Below are positions 27,438 to 32,000 of a DNA stretch of 32,000 nt, one piece after another (position 1 is the stretch's first letter; the number at the start of each line of letters is the position of its first letter). The DNA comes from an uncultured archaeon (GTDB lineage: Archaea; Iainarchaeota; Iainarchaeia; Iainarchaeales; Iainarchaeaceae), in assembly GCA_964577555.1 (NCBI GenBank), contig CAZNZM010000004.1:87671-119670 (forward strand), in the 5' to 3' direction. Both the position numbers and the translations under genes were made by a program. The notes beneath the pieces are model-generated. The model ran no database searches. It had not been told where the DNA came from and was given only the letters and a program-made list of their open reading frames with translations.

Positions 27438-28355
27438 ATGGAAAAATACGATCTTTTAATAATAGGCTCAGGAATAACAGGGTACTCCGCAGCAATATAC
27501 GCGGCACGCTTCAAAATGAACACAATAGTAATAGGAGAACTACCTGGCGGCCTCATAACAACAACCCACCTAGTTGAAAACTGGCCAGGAATAATTTCAA
27601 TCAGCGGCTTAGAACTAGCAGAAAACCTCAAAAAACACGCAGAAGCAAACGGAGTGCCTATTATAAACGACAAAGTCATAGACATAAAACAAAAAACAGA
27701 CTCAACTTTTCAAGTAAAAACTTCAAATGGACAAGAATTTTCCACAAAAACAATATTATTCGCTACAGGAACTACAAGAAGAAAACTAGGAATCAAAGGC
27801 GAAAAAGAATTTGAAAACAAAGGAGTAAGCTATTGCGCAGTTTGCGACGGAGCACTATTCAAAAACAAAACAGTCGCAGTAATAGGAGGATCTGACAGCG
27901 CTGCAAAAGAATCACTTTACCTAGCAGAACACGCTTCAAAAGTATATATTATATACAGAGGAGAAAAAATAAGAGCAGAACCAATAAACTACGAAAGAGT
28001 AACTCAAAACAAAAAAATTGAAATAATCACCAAAAAAAACGTCATTGAAATTTATGGAGACCGAATAGTCCAAGGAGTAAAATTCAAAGAAGGCGGAGAA
28101 CTAAAACTTGACGGAGTCTTCATAGAAATAGGAGCAGACCCAAACAGCGAACTAGCTGCCAAACTCGGAGTCTCACTAAACGAAAAAAAAGAAATCATAA
28201 TAGACATTGACAGCAAAACAAACATACCTGGAATTTATGCGGCGGGGGACGTTGCCAACAGACATTTTAAACAAGCAATAACAGGATCTGCTGAAGGAGT
28301 AATAGCGGCTTTTTCAGCATACGAATACATAAACACGCCAAAAAACAAAAATTAA
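27438..28355 (+). CDS. trxB: thioredoxin reductase
   Basis: 'DLLIIGSGITGYSAAIYAAR', 'YCAVCDGALFKNKTVAVIGGSDSAAKESLYLAEHA', 'IPGIYAAGDVANRHFKQAITGSAEGVIAA'. Confidence 0.96.
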   Translation: MEKYDLLIIGSGITGYSAAIYAARFKMNTIVIGELPGGLITTTHLVENWPGIISISGLELAENLKKHAEANGVPIINDKVIDIKQKTDSTFQVKTSNGQEFSTKTILFATGTTRRKLGIKGEKEFENKGVSYCAVCDGALFKNKTVAVIGGSDSAAKESLYLAEHASKVYIIYRGEKIRAEPINYERVTQNKKIEIITKKNVIEIYGDRIVQGVKFKEGGELKLDGVFIEIGADPNSELAAKLGVSLNEKKEIIIDIDSKTNIPGIYAAGDVANRHFKQAITGSAEGVIAAFSAYEYINTPKNKN

Positions 28356-28363
28356 GTGATATT

Positions 28364-28735
28364 GTGCCATCAATTGCAATAATCGGAGCTTCAAACAACA
28401 AAGACAAATTCGGAAACAAATGCGTGAGAGCATACCTAAGCATTGGCTGGAAAGTCTTCCCAATAAACCCAAAAGAAAAAAACATAGAAGGATTAAAAAG
28501 CTATTCATCGATAACCGAATTACCAACAAAACCAGACAGAGTCTCAATATATCTTCCGCCAAACACAACAATCTCTTTAATACCTGAATTGCTCAAAGCC
28601 AAAATAAAAAACATTATACTTAACCCCGGCGCAGAATCAGAAGAACTCATAAAAGCACTTAACAAAAACGGAATAAAAACAACACTTGCGTGCAGTATAA
28701 GACTTGAAGGACTAAACCCAAACGACTTTCCATAA
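28364..28735 (+). CDS. CoA-binding (YccU-like) protein
   Basis: 'IAIIGASNNKDKFGNKCVRAYLSIGWKVFPINPKEKNIEGLKSYSSITELP...SIYLPPNTTISLIPELLKAKIKNIILNPGAESEELI'; GTG start. Confidence 0.9.
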   Translation: MPSIAIIGASNNKDKFGNKCVRAYLSIGWKVFPINPKEKNIEGLKSYSSITELPTKPDRVSIYLPPNTTISLIPELLKAKIKNIILNPGAESEELIKALNKNGIKTTLACSIRLEGLNPNDFP

Positions 28736-28790
28736 ACCAAAAACCACATTTAATAAAAATATTTAGACTTAACCCAACCAAAATCATAAC

Positions 28791-29792
28791 ATGCAAAGAT
28801 TTTCACTAAATGAAATAACAGAACAGGAAATATTCAAAACAATCTCAAAAGCAATAACAGAAACAGAATTTTCAACTTTTACAATAGGAATAACCTCAAA
28901 AAACCCTGAATTAAAAAACAGCTTCAGCCAAAAAATCAAAGAATACATGACAACAACACTTTCTAAAAAATTCACAAACAAAAATTTCGAACTGTACATC
29001 CTAATCAACATTGACAAAGGAATTTTAGAAATAAAAACAACACCAATTTTCATATATGGACACTACAACAAATTCTCCAGAAACATTGCACAAACATTCC
29101 ACTATTGCTTCAAATGCAAAGGAAAAGGATGCAAATACTGTAAAGGCACAGGCAAACTCTCAGAACATTCAGTTCAAGAAATTTTAGAAAAGTATTTTAT
29201 TCCGGCATTTAAAGCCACAAAATCAAAATTTCACGGATGCGGCAGAGAAGACGTGGACGTCAGAATGCTTGGTTCAGGCAGACCATTCATAATAGAACTA
29301 ATCAACCCAATAAAAAGAAATTTTGACTTGGCTTTGCTTGAAAAAAAAATAAATTCAAAACACAAAAAAATAATTTCCATATCAAATTTAAGATTTTCCG
29401 AGAAAAAAGAAGTTGAGCGCATCAAAAACTCAGAATTTGAAAAAATATACTCGGCATTGTGTCATTATGAAGGTAATTTAAAAGAAACAACACTTCATGG
29501 GTTAATAGGCAAAGAATACCTAATTTTTCAAAGAACACCTCAAAGAGTGGAAAAGCGCAGAACTGACAAAGAAAGAATAAAAAAGGCAAAATTACTATCA
29601 GCAAAAATAATAGGAAAAAACCTTTTTTCAATTGAAATAAAATCCTCACATGGACTTTATATAAAAGAATTCATTTCAGGCGACAACGGAAGAACAAAAC
29701 CAAGCATTTCAGAACTTCTAGGAGTAAAATGTGTTTGCAAAGAACTGGATGTTTTAGAAATACTCATCGAACAAAACACAAATAAAAAATAA
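28791..29792 (+). CDS. pus10: tRNA pseudouridine synthase Pus10
   Basis: 'CFKCKGKGCKYCKGTGK', 'FHGCGREDVDVRMLGSGRPFIIELINPIKR', 'RVEKRRTDKER', 'IKSSHGLYIKEFISGDNGRTKPSISELLG'. Confidence 0.95.
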   Translation: MQRFSLNEITEQEIFKTISKAITETEFSTFTIGITSKNPELKNSFSQKIKEYMTTTLSKKFTNKNFELYILINIDKGILEIKTTPIFIYGHYNKFSRNIAQTFHYCFKCKGKGCKYCKGTGKLSEHSVQEILEKYFIPAFKATKSKFHGCGREDVDVRMLGSGRPFIIELINPIKRNFDLALLEKKINSKHKKIISISNLRFSEKKEVERIKNSEFEKIYSALCHYEGNLKETTLHGLIGKEYLIFQRTPQRVEKRRTDKERIKKAKLLSAKIIGKNLFSIEIKSSHGLYIKEFISGDNGRTKPSISELLGVKCVCKELDVLEILIEQNTNKK

Positions 29793-29799
29793 AAATTGA

Positions 29800-30000
29800 C
29801 AAAAAAACAACAAAAAAATTGTCTCGCAAAAAAATAAACAAATCAAAAAAACAAAAAAAACAATAAAAAATTAAGAAAAAAATGACTTACAAAAAAAAAC
29901 AAAATTCAATTAAAAAAAATAATTGACAAAAAAAAAGAAAAACGACAAAAAAACAAAAACTAATTATAAAATTAAAAAAAAATGGCTCAAAAAGGCTTTT
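29800..30000. repeat. A-rich intergenic block 5
   Basis: Short block between convergent pus10 and DsbA genes with 'aatgacttac', 'aattgacaaaaaaaag' and 'aatggctcaaaaa' islands. Confidence 0.5.
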
Positions 30001-30035
30001 ATAAAAAATTAAAAGCAAAAGAAAAAACTTCAAAA

Positions 30036-30902
30036 TCAAACCTTTTTAAGCTCCGATTCCAACAATTTTTTCACATCGGTAAAAGAATATGCTCCTACCA
30101 AAGTGCTTCCATTAATAAAAAATGTAGGAGTTCCTGAAACACCTAAAGATCTTCCAGCAGCAGTATCAGATTCCAGCCTAGAATCATATTTTCTTGAAGA
30201 AAGACAAGAATCCAATTTGGCCGGATCAGCACCAGCCTTTTTAGCAAGCTCCTTCATCTTCTCAAGATTATTTGTCTCATCTTGAACCTCAAAAGCAAGA
30301 TCATGATACTTCCAGAATATGTCGGAGCTCTGCTCATTAGCACACAAACCAACTTTCATTGCTTCTTGACCAGTACCATGCCCGGGGAAATACTTAAATG
30401 CAAACCTTGCCTTTCCGGTTTTTACATACTCGTTTATTATTCCTTGCACAGGAGGAGTCCAATTAGGATCTCTTTGCTTCATAAAATCAACATATTTTTT
30501 AGAAGCACCAGAAGCAGCACCACAATAAGGACAAGAAAAATCAGAAAACTCTACTATAGTAAGAGGAGCGTCAGGATTACCAATTACAGGGCCTTCATCA
30601 GCAAGTTGTTTCAAAGTGGCTTTTAAATTCTCAGGATTCTGGGAACCATTATCTCCATTATAATTATCATTAACCACGTCTCCGCCATCAGAACCGGAAT
30701 TCTGAACATTAATCTGCAACTTGCTTATACTATTTGAAATGTTATTCAATTTATTGCTCAAATCAAATCCGACAAAAATCAAAGATACTGAAAGTATAAG
30801 AGCTGAAACAACCAAAGCAATAGGAATATAAAGAGAATCCATGCCGGAACTAGATTCAACCGATGACCCTTCTCTCTCGTGACGCAAAAATAACCCCTCC
30901 AA
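30036..30902 (-). CDS. DsbA-family thioredoxin-fold protein, membrane-anchored
   Basis: N-terminal TM 'IALVVSALILSVSLIFVGF'; 'LTIVEFSDFSCPYCGAASGASKKYVDFM'; 'SLGVSGTPTFFINGSTLVGAYSF'. Confidence 0.93.
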   Translation of the reverse strand: MEGLFLRHEREGSSVESSSGMDSLYIPIALVVSALILSVSLIFVGFDLSNKLNNISNSISKLQINVQNSGSDGGDVVNDNYNGDNGSQNPENLKATLKQLADEGPVIGNPDAPLTIVEFSDFSCPYCGAASGASKKYVDFMKQRDPNWTPPVQGIINEYVKTGKARFAFKYFPGHGTGQEAMKVGLCANEQSSDIFWKYHDLAFEVQDETNNLEKMKELAKKAGADPAKLDSCLSSRKYDSRLESDTAAGRSLGVSGTPTFFINGSTLVGAYSFTDVKKLLESELKKV

Positions 30903-30991
30903 TAAAAAATGCCTTTAGAAAATAACCTCCAGAAACTTATTTAAACAAAACTATTTAATTAGCCAACAACAAAAAAACAGAAAAAAAATAT

Positions 30992-31663
30992 TCAATTAAT
31001 TTTTGAGACAATCAATTGAGAAAGCTCCTCAAAACTGTTAAAAGAAGCCTTGACACCATTAATATAAATAGTCGGAGTAGAATTGAGACCCAAAGAAGAA
31101 CGAGCATAATAATTATCAGCATCTACCTTTCCAGACGTTTCGCCCGAAACAATACAAGAGGAAAACTTTTTCTCATCAACACCAATGTCCCTTGCAAAAG
31201 AAACAAGATTTTCAAGCCCTAACTTGTCCTGATTCATAAACATAACATCATGCATTTCCCAAAACTTTCCCTGCAAACCAGCACACTCAGCAGCCATGGC
31301 AGCAGTCTTAGCATTTCCATGAATTTCTGAAAGAGGCAAATGCCTAAAAGTAAGCTTTATTTTATCAGGATATTTCTCAACCAAATCATTCAAGATCGGA
31401 GCAACCTTGCCACAAAAAGGACATTGAAAATCGGAAAAAACAACTACGCGAACCTTTGCACTACTTGAGCCTTTCGAATGCCCGCCATTTTCAAGAGCAT
31501 CAAGATCCAAAACAGGACGTGGCTGGGAAAAAACAAAATAAACCAAGCCAAAAAAAATTAAGATAAGAACAAAAGAAAGAACCGTATAAATATTGCTTCC
31601 ACTTTCAACAACCCTTGACCTTCTAACCTTGTCTTTCAACTTTGACATGAAAATATAAAACAC
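30992..31663 (-). CDS. DsbA-family thioredoxin-fold protein, membrane-anchored
   Basis: N-terminal TM 'VLSFVLILIFFGLVYFVFS'; 'VRVVVFSDFQCPFCGKVAPILNDLVEKY'; 'LGLNSTPTIYINGVKASFNSFEEL'. Confidence 0.93.
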   Translation of the reverse strand: MFYIFMSKLKDKVRRSRVVESGSNIYTVLSFVLILIFFGLVYFVFSQPRPVLDLDALENGGHSKGSSSAKVRVVVFSDFQCPFCGKVAPILNDLVEKYPDKIKLTFRHLPLSEIHGNAKTAAMAAECAGLQGKFWEMHDVMFMNQDKLGLENLVSFARDIGVDEKKFSSCIVSGETSGKVDADNYYARSSLGLNSTPTIYINGVKASFNSFEELSQLIVSKIN

Positions 31664-31689
31664 CCCGAATATTTTTTATAACCACCACC

Positions 31690-32000
31690 AAAAAAAACAA
31701 AAAAGAAAAAAAAATAAAAAAACACAAACAAAAAACGAATTATAAAAAAAACGGCTAGCTAAAAAAAAATTATGACACAACAAAAATAAGCATACTAAAA
31801 AACAAGTTTACAAAAAAAATTTTAATGACAAAACAAAAGACAAAAAAAAACAAAAATCGCCAAAAAAATCAGCTCACAAAAAAAAACAACTTTGACAAAA
31901 AAAATGCCAAAAAAAACAAAAATAACAAAAAAAATCACCCCACAAAAAAAAACGGCTCGCCAAAAAAAAACAAACAAAAAAAACGACTTGCAAAAAAATG
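31690..32000. repeat. A-rich intergenic block 6 (runs to the window edge)
   Basis: Poly-A/C with islands 'acggctagctaaaa' (31751), 'cagctcacaaaa', 'tttgacaaaa', 'acggctcgccaaaa' (31952), 'acgacttgcaaaa'. Confidence 0.55.

Noticed and set aside
1-32000. Genome-wide UGA=Trp recoding suggested by alaX
   Set aside because: TGG is used for Trp throughout, and many genes end at TGA at the expected lengths, with ATGA overlaps such as pth2/2864. Reading HerA's TGA through would only add low-complexity K/T/N sequence. The TGA issue seems local to alaX.

Overview
The window is A+T-rich archaeal chromosome. The gene content and very lysine/isoleucine/asparagine-rich proteins suggest a reduced DPANN-type lineage (Pacearchaeota/Woesearchaeota-like; this lineage call is inference). 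Most genes are on the + strand and form dense, often overlapping operons. Recognisable content includes: a HerA-type ATPase cut by the left edge; AlaX tRNA-editing protein with an in-frame TGA; Pth2; a circularly permuted GTPase; Hjc (-); DnaG-like primase; tRNA-Val(TAC), tRNA-Gly(GCC) and tRNA-Gly(TCC); thymidylate kinase (-); the classic archaeal cluster rnp4 - S19e - PDCD5 - L39e - L31e - aIF6 - LX/L18a - prefoldin alpha - FtsY; OB-fold and TRAM proteins; SRP54; an A24 prepilin peptidase; bacterial-type RibD; an epimerase; GGGP synthase (-); an MBL hydrolase (-); an RPA-like protein; RadA; glutaredoxin plus thioredoxin reductase; Pus10; and two DsbA-like proteins (-). I see no CRISPR array, transposase, integrase or obvious defence system. 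The most interesting signals are outside the standard gene calls: (1) the TGA sits exactly at a conserved Trp of AlaX; (2) a family of A-rich intergenic blocks shares near-identical segments (about 97 bp, about 96% identical between 5.5 kb and 23.1 kb) and recurring same-orientation GGCTNRC cores; (3) there are structured 5' leaders upstream of rps19e and of the TRAM-domain gene; (4) the strand compositional asymmetry is extreme (A+C-rich + strand) and shapes both intergenic DNA and codon usage; (5) a tRNA-Gly gene lies immediately upstream of the gene for an RNase P protein.
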